Shown: piece by piece, positions 43,828 to 53,813 of the stretch
Position numbering within the stretch: position 1 is the stretch's first letter
Layout of the letters: each line of letters begins with the position of its first letter
Assembly (NCBI GenBank): GCA_049840735.1
Contig: JASGJN010000021.1
Coordinates: 96,001 to 160,000 of the forward strand
Direction: 5' to 3'
Length of the DNA: 64,000 bases
Origin: Anaeromyxobacter sp.
GTDB lineage: Bacteria > Myxococcota > Myxococcia > Myxococcales > Anaeromyxobacteraceae
Program-made: the position numbers and the translations under genes
The notes under the pieces: generated by a model
The model's database searches: none
The model's input: the letters and a program-made list of their open reading frames with translations, nothing else
Told to the model about the DNA's origin: nothing

Positions 43828-44471
43828 CCCCGGTCGCCCTTCGACTCCGGCCCGCAGCTCAGCGCGACTGAGCCCACCACGGGCCTACGCTCAGGGTGAC
43901 CGGGGTGCTCCCGTGCGCCGGCCGCGGACCCTTCCGTGCGTCCTGAGCGTAGGGCCCGGGGCCGCATGCCCCCGGCGGACCCACCGGGCCCGGAGTCGAA
44001 GGATGAACGGGACCGATCCGGGGTCCGCTCCGCCGCCCGGGTCCCTCTCCGTGCGTCCTGAGCGTAGGGCCCGGGGCCGCATGCCCCTGGCGGACCCACC
44101 GGGCCCGGAGTCGAAGGATGAACGGGACCGGGGTCCGCTCCGCCGCCCGGGTCCCTCTCCGTTCGTCCTGAGCGTAGGGCCCGGGGCCGCATGCCCCCGG
44201 CGGACCCACCGGGCCCGGAGTCGAAGGATGAACGGGACCGATTCCGGGGTCCGCTCCGCCGCCTGGGTCCCTCTCCGTTCGTCCTGAGCGTAGGGCCCGG
44301 CGCAGCCTGCCCCCGGCGGACCCACCGGGCCCGGAGTCGAAGGATGAACGGGACCGATCCGGGGTCCGCTCCGCCGCCCGGGTCCCTCTCCGTTCGTCCT
44401 GAGCGTAGGGCCCGGGGCCGCATGCCCCTGGCGGACCCACCGGGCCCGGAGTCGAAGGATGAACGGGACCG
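43828..44471. repeat. One inverted long-loop repeat followed by a 5-unit tandem array (periods 115, 110, 116, 115 bp)
   Basis: TCCTGAGCGTAG at 43941, 44056, 44166, 44282, 44397, each closed by GGAGTCGAAGGATGAACGGGACCG. Confidence 0.97.
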
Positions 44472-44507
44472 TCTGGAGCCCCGCGGACCGCCCGCCCGGG
44501 GCGCGCC

Positions 44508-44544
44508 TGCAAACGTTTGCACTAGCCCATGTGACCGCTCACAT
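44508..44544. promoter_or_regulatory. Two LacI/GalR-type operator palindromes
   Basis: TGCAAACGTTTGCA (44508-44521) and ATGTGACCGCTCACAT (44529-44544). Confidence 0.75.
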
Positions 44545-44549
44545 CCCCG

Positions 44550-44578
44550 TTGACCCGGGTGTGGCAAACTGTCATCGT
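44550..44578 (+). promoter_or_regulatory. Candidate sigma70 promoter of the ABC operon
   Basis: TTGACC-17 bp-CATCGT with extended TG; weak -10 match. Confidence 0.4.
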
Positions 44579-44613
44579 CCCGCTCCGCAGGTGGGCCCGG
44601 AGGCACCGGTCGC

Positions 44614-46158
44614 ATGGACCAGGGCAGCGCTCGTCTCACCGTCCGCAGCGTCAGCAAGCGCTTCGGCCCCGTGCACGCCGTGAGGGACGTCTCCTTCGCG
44701 GTGCGCGCCGGCGCGGTCCACGCGCTGGTGGGCGAGAACGGCGCCGGCAAGTCCACGCTGGTGAAGATCATCACCGGGATGCAGCGGCCCGACGCGGGCG
44801 CCATCCTGCTCGACGGCGAGCCCTGCGCCTTCGCCACGCCCATCGAGGCCCGGCGCCGCGGCATCACCGCCGTCTACCAGGACCCGCGGCTCTTCCCGCA
44901 CCTGGACGTGGCCGAGAACATCTTCATGGGCATCCAGCCCCGCACGCGGCTGGGCCTGGTGGACCAGCGCAGGATGTACGGCGAGGCCGGCCGCATGCTG
45001 CGCGAGCTGGGCGTGGACATCGACCCGCGCTCGCTGCTGGCCGGGCGCTCGGTGGCCGAGGTCCAGTTCGTCGAGATCGTCCGCGCCATGATCGCAGACC
45101 TGAAGGTGCTGATCCTGGACGAGCCCACCGCCTCGCTCACGCCGGCCGAGGCGGAGCGGCTCTTCGCGGTGGCGGACGGGCTGCGCCGGCGCGGCGTCTC
45201 CATCCTCTTCATCTCCCACCGGCTGGAGGAGATCCGGCGCATCGCCGACGACGTCACGGTGATGCGCGACGGCGAGCACGTGATCACCACCGCGGCCAGG
45301 GACCTCTCCGAGGAGGACATGGTCCGGCACATGGTGGGGCGCGAGCTCAAGTCGCTCTTCGTCCGCCAGCCGGCGCAGGTCAGCGGGCCGCCGGCCTTCG
45401 AGGTGCGCGGCCTGTCGCTCGAGGGCACCTTCGCCGGCGTGAGCTTCGGGATCCGCCCGGGCGAGATCGTGGCGCTGGCCGGGCTGGTGGGCGCCGGGCG
45501 GACCGAGATCGCCGAGTCCATCTTCGGCCTGCGCCCCCCCGACGCCGGCACGGTGGTGATCGGCGGGCAGGCGGTGCGGCCGGCCCGGCCGGCGCAGATG
45601 GTGGCGCACGGGGTGGCGTACATCCCGGAGGACCGCGACGCGCACGGGCTGGTGGTGGAGCAGGGCGTGGCCTCCAACGTCTGCATGCCGGTGCTGGACC
45701 GGCTGGCGGCGCTGGGCGGGCTCCTCACCCACCGCGCCGAGCTGGCCTTCACCGCGCCGCTGGCGCGCGACTTCGAGGTGAAGGCCGCCACGCTCGACGC
45801 GCCGGTGGGCAGCCTCTCCGGCGGCAACCGGCAGAAGGTGGTGCTGGCCAAGTGGCTGGCCACGCGCCCGAAGGTGCTGATCCTCGACGAGCCCACCCAC
45901 GGCATCGACGTGGGCACCAAGAGCCAGGTCCACCAGCGCATCGCGGCGCTGGCGGCGGAGGGGTACCCGGTGCTGCTGATCTCGTCCGACCTGCCGGAGG
46001 TGCTGGCCATGGCCGACCGGATCCTGGTGGTGGCCGGCGGCCGCATCGTGGCCGAGCTGGCGCGGGGCGAGGCCACGCAGGAGCGGATCATGACGGCCGC
46101 GGCGCTGGGGCCGGCGGCGGCGCAGCGCGCCGCAGAGGAGGTGGCGGGTGGCCGCTGA
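44614..46158 (+). CDS. Monosaccharide ABC transporter ATP-binding protein with tandem NBDs
   Basis: GENGAGKST, LDEPTASL, LSGGNRQK, DEPTHGIDVG. Confidence 0.95.
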   Translation: MDQGSARLTVRSVSKRFGPVHAVRDVSFAVRAGAVHALVGENGAGKSTLVKIITGMQRPDAGAILLDGEPCAFATPIEARRRGITAVYQDPRLFPHLDVAENIFMGIQPRTRLGLVDQRRMYGEAGRMLRELGVDIDPRSLLAGRSVAEVQFVEIVRAMIADLKVLILDEPTASLTPAEAERLFAVADGLRRRGVSILFISHRLEEIRRIADDVTVMRDGEHVITTAARDLSEEDMVRHMVGRELKSLFVRQPAQVSGPPAFEVRGLSLEGTFAGVSFGIRPGEIVALAGLVGAGRTEIAESIFGLRPPDAGTVVIGGQAVRPARPAQMVAHGVAYIPEDRDAHGLVVEQGVASNVCMPVLDRLAALGGLLTHRAELAFTAPLARDFEVKAATLDAPVGSLSGGNRQKVVLAKWLATRPKVLILDEPTHGIDVGTKSQVHQRIAALAAEGYPVLLISSDLPEVLAMADRILVVAGGRIVAELARGEATQERIMTAAALGPAAAQRAAEEVAGGR

Positions 46159-47173
46159 ACCCTCCGCGCTGGTCTCGAGCCTGGGCGCCCAGCTCTCCCG
46201 CAACACGCTGCGGCTGCGCGTGGTGAGCGTGTTCCTGACCTTCCTGGGCGTGGTGGCGGCCTTCGGGCTCACCACCCAGAACTTCCTGACCCCGCAGAAC
46301 GCCCGCATCATCGCCTTCAACGCCGCGATCCTCACCGTGGTGGCCTGCGCCGAGGCCATCGTGGTGGTGACCCGCAACCTGGACGTCTCGGTGGGCTCGA
46401 TGATCGGCCTGGCCGGCTACGTGGCGGCCAAGTTCGCGGCGGCCAATCCCGAGGGCGGCCCGCTCATCATCCTGGTCGCGGTGGGGATGGGCCTGGCGAT
46501 GGGGATCGTGAACGGCTGGGTGGTCGCCTACGGACGCGTCCCCTCCATCGTGGCCACGCTGGGCACGCTGGCCGTCTACCGCGGGCTCACCTACCTGCTG
46601 GGTCGCGGCGTGGAGGTCCCCTCCGGCGCGCTGCCGTCCTGGATGATCCGCTGGGCGGACGCCACGGTGGCGGGCGTGCCGGTGGTGGTGCTGCTGGCCG
46701 TGGCCATCACCCTGATCCTGGCCTGGCTGCTCAAGCACGTGCCCATCTTCCGGCGCGTCTACGCGGTGGGCTCGAACCCCGCGGCGGCGGTCTTCTACGG
46801 CCTGCGCGCGCCGCGGGTGGTGCTCTTCGCCTACGCCGTGGCCGGCGCGCTGGTGGGCTTCGCGGCCTTCCTCTACGTCTCGCGGGTGGGGACCATCACC
46901 GTCAACCTGGGGCGCGACTGGGAGATGACCGCGCTGGCCGCGGTGGTGGTGGGCGGCGTCTCCATGACCGGCGGCTCGGGCAACCTGGTGGGCGTCCTCT
47001 TCGCCGCGCTGATCCTCTCGTCGATCGACAACGGGCTGGTGCTGGCGCACGCCCCGGAGTTCTGGCGCATGGCCATCCAGGGGACCGCCATCGTGGGCGC
47101 CATCGCGCTCGACGCCGGCATCGAGCGGCGCATCCAGGCCATGTTCAGGCACGGGAAGGCGGCGGTGCGATGA
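46148..47173 (+). CDS. Sugar ABC transporter permease
   Basis: NLDVSVGS, VPSIVATLGT, AVGSNP.AA, AAVVVGGVS. Confidence 0.93.
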   Translation: MAAEPSALVSSLGAQLSRNTLRLRVVSVFLTFLGVVAAFGLTTQNFLTPQNARIIAFNAAILTVVACAEAIVVVTRNLDVSVGSMIGLAGYVAAKFAAANPEGGPLIILVAVGMGLAMGIVNGWVVAYGRVPSIVATLGTLAVYRGLTYLLGRGVEVPSGALPSWMIRWADATVAGVPVVVLLAVAITLILAWLLKHVPIFRRVYAVGSNPAAAVFYGLRAPRVVLFAYAVAGALVGFAAFLYVSRVGTITVNLGRDWEMTALAAVVVGGVSMTGGSGNLVGVLFAALILSSIDNGLVLAHAPEFWRMAIQGTAIVGAIALDAGIERRIQAMFRHGKAAVR

Positions 47174-48192
47174 GCCACGGGCCGGCGCGCTACCGCTGGG
47201 AGCTGACCATCTCGGTGCTGGTGGTCCTGGCCGCCGGCGGGGCCACCTGGCTCTCGCCGTTCTACCTGGACGCGGACCAGCTGCTCTACTCCTCCCGCAA
47301 CTTCTGCTTCACCGGCATCATGGCCCTGGGGCTCACGCTGGTGATCCTCACCGGCGAGATGGACCTCTCCATCGGCTCCACGCTGGCGGTCTGCACGGTG
47401 CTGCTGGCGCGCTGCTCGGCGGCGGGGCTGCCGCTCTGGGTGGGCCTGCTGATCATCTTCCCGGTGGCCGGGCTGCTGGGCGCGCTCAACGGCTTCCTGG
47501 TGGCGCGCCTCAGGCTGCCGGCGCTGGCGGTGACGCTGGGGACCATGGGCGCCTACCGCGGCGTGGCCTTCATCATCGGCTCGGAGGTGGGCTACACCGG
47601 CTTCGACGACAGCTACCGCTGGCTGGGCTCCGCCACCCTGGGCGAGGCGGGCGTGCCGGTGATGCTGCTGCTCTTCTTCGCCGTAGTGGCGCTGTTCGGC
47701 GTGGTGATGCACTTCACCACCTTCGGCCGCCGGCTTTACGCGATCGGCTCCAACGCCGAGGCGGTCCGCTACGCCGGGCTGGGAGTGGTGCGGACCAAGC
47801 TCGGCGCCTACGTGGTGGCCGGCCTGACCGCGGCGCTGGGCGCCTGGATCTTCGTGGGCCAGTTCGGCTCGGCCCGCGGCGACAACGCCAACGGCGTGAT
47901 CCTGGGGATCATCACCTCGGTGGTGCTGGGCGGCGTGGACATCAACGGCGGCAAGGGGACGGTGGTGGGCGTGCTGGTCTCCACCCTCTTCCTCTGGACC
48001 CTGCGCAACGGCATGGGGCTGGCCAACATCGCCGGCCCCATCCAGCAGCTGATCATCGGGGCGCTGCTGGTGGTGACGGTGCTGATCTCGAACTTCTCCG
48101 GGCGGGGCGGCGGGCTCTCGCCGCTGCTCAGGTGGCGCCGGCCGGCGGCCGCCGCGGCCCCGGTGCAGGAACGGAGGGCGGGGGACGGCTGA
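47170..48192 (+). CDS. Sugar ABC transporter permease
   Basis: GEMDLSIGS, LPALAVTLGT, ITSVVLGGVDINGGKG. Confidence 0.93.
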   Translation: MSHGPARYRWELTISVLVVLAAGGATWLSPFYLDADQLLYSSRNFCFTGIMALGLTLVILTGEMDLSIGSTLAVCTVLLARCSAAGLPLWVGLLIIFPVAGLLGALNGFLVARLRLPALAVTLGTMGAYRGVAFIIGSEVGYTGFDDSYRWLGSATLGEAGVPVMLLLFFAVVALFGVVMHFTTFGRRLYAIGSNAEAVRYAGLGVVRTKLGAYVVAGLTAALGAWIFVGQFGSARGDNANGVILGIITSVVLGGVDINGGKGTVVGVLVSTLFLWTLRNGMGLANIAGPIQQLIIGALLVVTVLISNFSGRGGGLSPLLRWRRPAAAAAPVQERRAGDG

Positions 48193-48291
48193 CCCCCCGC
48201 GACTCCCTGCGTACGGCCGCCGTGGAGGGCGGCCGCACGCCAACAGGGGCCACGGCCCCATCACGCAAGGCAGCAGCAGGGGAGGAACACC

Positions 48292-49281
48292 ATGAAGCGA
48301 GCGCTCAGGTTCGTGGCCATCGCGCTGGCGATGATCGGCATCGCGCAGGCGGCCCCGAACAAGAAGTACCGCATCTTCATGAACCCGAAGTTCACCGGCC
48401 TGTCGTACTTCGAGGTCTGCGCGAACGGGGCCAAGGAGGCGGCCAAGGAGCTGGGGGTGGACTTCACCTACACCGGCTCGGAGCAGGCCGACGTGCAGCT
48501 TCAAGTGCAGTCGCTGGAGAACATCGTGGCGCAGAAGCCCGACGCCATCATCGTCTCCGCCATCGACCTGAACGCGGTGGCGCCGCCGCTGCTCAAGGCC
48601 AAGAAGGGCGGCATCAAGGTCGTCTCCTACGACGCCGACACCGCCGCCAACGCCCGCGACTTCTTCGTGAACCAGATGTCCTACGAAGGCGCCGCCAAGG
48701 CCATGCTGGACTGCGCGCTGATCGACGCGCCCGAGGGCGGCGAGATCGCCTTCATCGCCGCGTCGCCCACCAGCCCGAACCACATGGCCCACATCCGGAT
48801 CATGACCGAGCTGACCAAGACCGATCCCAAGTACAAGAAGTTCAAGCCGGTAGACACCCAGTTCGCCGCCGACGACGAGGCCAAGAGCATCGAGGTGGCC
48901 ACCAACCTGATGCAGGCCCACCCCAACCTCAAGGTCATCATCTCCTCCTCCGCCGTCTCCGCCCCCGCCGCCGCCCGCGCCATCCAGAGCGCCGGCAAGG
49001 TCGGCAAGGTCTACGCGACCGGCGTGGCGCTGCCCTCGTCGATCCGCTCCTACCTGAAGGACGGCTCGCAGAAGGCCTTCTTCATCTGGGATCCGGCCAA
49101 CCTCGGCTACCTCTCCGTCTACGCCGCCAAGGCCGCGCTGGACGGCACGCTCACCACCACCCCCGGCACCAAGTTCAAGGCCGGCAAGCTGGGTGAGTTC
49201 GAGGTCGGGAAGGACGGCGAGATCGTCTACGGGCGGCCGCTGATCTTCACCAAGGACAACATCGACAAGTTCAACTTCTAG
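48292..49281 (+). CDS. Sugar ABC substrate-binding protein, RhaS/LsrB-like
   Basis: Signal peptide; PKFTGLSYF; VVSYDAD; WDPANLGY; FTKDNIDKFNF. Confidence 0.88.
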   Translation: MKRALRFVAIALAMIGIAQAAPNKKYRIFMNPKFTGLSYFEVCANGAKEAAKELGVDFTYTGSEQADVQLQVQSLENIVAQKPDAIIVSAIDLNAVAPPLLKAKKGGIKVVSYDADTAANARDFFVNQMSYEGAAKAMLDCALIDAPEGGEIAFIAASPTSPNHMAHIRIMTELTKTDPKYKKFKPVDTQFAADDEAKSIEVATNLMQAHPNLKVIISSSAVSAPAAARAIQSAGKVGKVYATGVALPSSIRSYLKDGSQKAFFIWDPANLGYLSVYAAKAALDGTLTTTPGTKFKAGKLGEFEVGKDGEIVYGRPLIFTKDNIDKFNF

Positions 49282-49364
49282 GCGGCGCGAGCTGCTGGAA
49301 GACCTGAGGCATCAAGCCTCGGGCCTCAGGGAGGGCAACCCTGGGGCCCGAGGCCGTTCGTGTC

Positions 49365-49729
49365 CACCCCCGGTCGCCCTTCGACTCCGGCCCGCCATCG
49401 GTCGCAACAGGCTGGAGACGGGCCTACGCTCAGGGTGACCGGGGGTGAACCAGCAGCTGACCGGACCCGTATCCGTTCGTCCCGGGCGCAGGGCCCAGCG
49501 CTGCGTGCGATGGGCGGACCGCCGGGCCAGGTGACCGGGGGTTATCCTGTGCGCCTCCCATCCGTTCGTCCTGAGCGTAGGGCCCGGCGCTGCGTGCGCG
49601 AGCCGGAGCACCGGGCCCGGAGTCGAAGGATGAACGGGACCGAAAGCGGCTCCCGCTTGGCGCTTCGGCCCGCCGTCCGGTTCCACCTGGAGCATGACGG
49701 GCCTACGCCAAGGGTGACCGGGGGTGAAG
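49365..49729. repeat. Mosaic cluster of four TTCGAC/GCTCA repeats in mixed orientation
   Basis: Full copy 49367-49445, hybrid about 49473-49541, full copy 49561-49642, partial 49664-49729. Confidence 0.9.
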
Positions 49730-49871
49730 CCGTGCGCAGGCCGGGTGTCGCCCTGACCGGGGCCGCTGCGCCTCGGCCCCGCCGTGACAACCCCGTGACC
49801 CGCGCCTGCGAGGGTACGACCCCGCAACGTGGCGTCGTCATCGACCCCCAGCCCAGCCGGAGCGCCACCCC

Positions 49872-50534
49872 ATGTGCTTCTCGCCCACCGCGAGCTTCGT
49901 CGCGAGCGCCGCCCTCACCTCCACCGGCGGCTACTGCGTCCGTGAGAGCGTCCGGAGGGACAGAAGATATCTGCCGCTCGCGCTGCTCCCGCTCCTCTTC
50001 GGCGTGCAGCAGGCCGCCGAGGGCGGCGTGTGGCTCGCCCTGCAGGGCGGGCACGAGCGGCTCGTGACGGCGTTCTCGCTCCTGTTCCTGCTCTTCGCGT
50101 TCGGGCTGTGGCCGCTCTACTGCCCCCTCATCGTGCACGTGCTGGAACGGCGGGGGACCGCGCGGCGGACCGTGCTGCTCGGCCTGATGGTGGCTGGCGC
50201 GCTCGTCGGGGCGCTGGTCTACCTCCCGCTCGTCACGGGGACGACGCTCTTCACCACGCGCATCGTGAACGCCTGCATCGCGTACGAGACCGACCGCCCG
50301 GCCTGGCTCAAAGGCCTCTACACCGGCGCCTACCTCCTCGTGACCATGGTGCCGTTCCTGATCGCGTCGAGCCGGCGGATCGTCGCCTTCGGCGCGATGC
50401 TCCTCGCGGCGGTGGTGGCGACCATGCTCTCCTACCGCTTCGCCTTCTTCTCGGTCTGGTGCTTCTTCGCGGCCTGGCTGTCGCTGTACGTCGTCTACGC
50501 GATCCGCCGGAGCCCTGCCGGCGCGGCGGCCTGA
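49872..50534 (+). CDS. Multi-pass membrane protein, MCFS..AS-type (DUF6629-like from recall)
   Basis: MCFSPTASF, PLLFGVQQAAEG..W, SVWCFFAA; about seven TM segments. Confidence 0.75.
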   Translation: MCFSPTASFVASAALTSTGGYCVRESVRRDRRYLPLALLPLLFGVQQAAEGGVWLALQGGHERLVTAFSLLFLLFAFGLWPLYCPLIVHVLERRGTARRTVLLGLMVAGALVGALVYLPLVTGTTLFTTRIVNACIAYETDRPAWLKGLYTGAYLLVTMVPFLIASSRRIVAFGAMLLAAVVATMLSYRFAFFSVWCFFAAWLSLYVVYAIRRSPAGAAA

Positions 50535-50587
50535 CCGCGGTCTGCACGGGAGACCCGAGCCCCGGCCACGTGTGGCAGATCCACGCC

Positions 50588-50965
50588 ATGCCGCGCCGAC
50601 GCCTGCTCCTGGTCCCGCTCCTCGCCCTGGCCGGCTGCTCCACCACCCTGAGCTGGTTGAGCGAGCACACCGTGGAATGGCGACACCTGCATTCGGCCTG
50701 CGTGCAGGTGGAGGCGCTGGAGCCGCGCCCGGTGCTTCACCTCACCGCCGCGAACATGGACAGCGCCCTCGTCTTCAGGCCCATGCGGCAGCAGAGACGT
50801 GGCGATACGCTGGACCTGACGGTCGTGCAGAAGCTGGCGGTCGAGGGCCAACGCCTTCGAGGCGACTTCGACTTCCGCGTGGAGGTGCCGGACGGCGTGA
50901 ACACGGTCCGCTTCGGGAAGGAACGGGCCGTGCTCTGGACGCGCTCGCCGCCGGATCAGCCGTAG
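50588..50965 (+). CDS. Small hypothetical lipoprotein
   Basis: MPRRRLLLVPLLALAGC lipobox; beta-rich body. Confidence 0.7.
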   Translation: MPRRRLLLVPLLALAGCSTTLSWLSEHTVEWRHLHSACVQVEALEPRPVLHLTAANMDSALVFRPMRQQRRGDTLDLTVVQKLAVEGQRLRGDFDFRVEVPDGVNTVRFGKERAVLWTRSPPDQP

Positions 50966-51027
50966 GGCCGCACCCGGGCAGCGCCCGGCCTCGAAGGCCG
51001 GCGCCCGCCGCTCGGCCTTGCCTCCGC

Positions 51028-51531
51028 TCAGCGCGGAGTAGACGACAGCAGCCCCGACTCGCGCATGACGCGCTGGGCGTGCTCGAACTCGTCGCCACCG
51101 CCGGAGAGCACTCCCGGCAGCATGATGAGCCGCCGCCGCCGCTTCGGGCCCTCCATGAAGTGCACGACGAAGTAGCCCCGCCTCAGCGGGGGCAAAGGCC
51201 TGCGCGCTTCGACGCGCTGGACGGTCGAGCGCGAGATCCGTGGAGCGGTGGAGCAGTCCCACGATCGGGCCGCGGACAGGAGGAGCCAGACCCCGAGCCC
51301 TGCAAGCGCGTAACTGGCGAGCAGCGCACCTCGCTCGAACGCTTCCGCCGCCTGGAACCCGAGGGCTCCGGCCAGGGCCACATACACGATGAGCAGCCGC
51401 GGGACGGAGGATCCGACCACCGCGTCGGCCATCGCCCCGCGGGGTCCCTCACGGCTCAAGACGATCTCGGCGTCGGTGATCGTGCACGTGCCTGTCTTCG
51501 TGCGGAACGAGCGTACGGGGTCGCTGGTCAT
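51028..51531 (-). CDS. Hypothetical two-TM membrane protein
   Basis: FRTKTGTCTI, two hydrophobic helices, YFVVHF..RRLIMLPG. Confidence 0.65.
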   Translation of the reverse strand: MTSDPVRSFRTKTGTCTITDAEIVLSREGPRGAMADAVVGSSVPRLLIVYVALAGALGFQAAEAFERGALLASYALAGLGVWLLLSAARSWDCSTAPRISRSTVQRVEARRPLPPLRRGYFVVHFMEGPKRRRRLIMLPGVLSGGGDEFEHAQRVMRESGLLSSTPR

Positions 51532-51631
51532 GGGGCGGGGTTTCGGTACAGGAGGTAGGTCTGGTCGATGGTGTATCACCATCGGCACGCGCGAGAGGGG
51601 CCTCGCTGCCACCTCTCGTCAGGCAGCGGAT

Positions 51632-51710
51632 CCCCCGGTCGCCCTTCGACTTCGGCCCGCCGATCGGTCCGCCTGGCGTGTGACGGGCCTACGCTCAGGG
51701 TGACCGGGGG
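51632..51710. repeat. Long-loop TTCGAC/GCTCA repeat
   Basis: CCCCCGGTCGCCCTTCGACTTCGGCCCG-N24-CGGGCCTACGCTCAGGGTGACCGGGGG. Confidence 0.92.
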
Positions 51711-51905
51711 GTGAACCCCGCGCCGGCGCGGTCCAATCCGTATCTGCGGGTCTTCGCGCTCCTGGGATCGCTGGTCGGCCTGCTGATCTACAAGCTGGCC
51801 CAGGAGCGCGCGTTCATGCTGCGGCTCAACGCCCAGCTCGCGCTCTGCCAGCGCCAGATCGAGCTCAACACGCGGGGCCCGAGCGCGGTGGCTCAGGCGG
51901 CGTAA
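51711..51905 (+). CDS. Small 64-aa single-TM protein
   Basis: VFALLGSLVGLLIY TM then amphipathic helix; host-like codon bias. Confidence 0.5.
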   Translation: MNPAPARSNPYLRVFALLGSLVGLLIYKLAQERAFMLRLNAQLALCQRQIELNTRGPSAVAQAA

Positions 51906-51951
51906 GGTCGACGACCGGCGGACAGGGGGCGGCGGGGTATCCAGCCGCCCC

Positions 51952-53706
<1,755 letters not shown>

Positions 53707-53813
53707 CCTGTGGCGCTCCTCGACTCCCCCGGACCAGGGAGTCTAGTCGAGGTGCTGGCCCCGTCCAATTGGGTGATCGGGAAAAGGCTCGAACGCCGAC
53801 CGAGGGTCCGGGC

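Noticed and set aside
43828..44471. CRISPR array
   Set aside because: Units are 110-116 bp and near-identical, with no unique spacers and no cas genes in the window.
43859..44867. Repetitive ORFs over the tandem array
   Set aside because: Translations of the repeat in several frames on both strands; no coding bias.
49730..51630. Integron cassette array
   Set aside because: No attC-like RYYYAAC/GTTRRRY sites, mixed gene orientation and no integrase.
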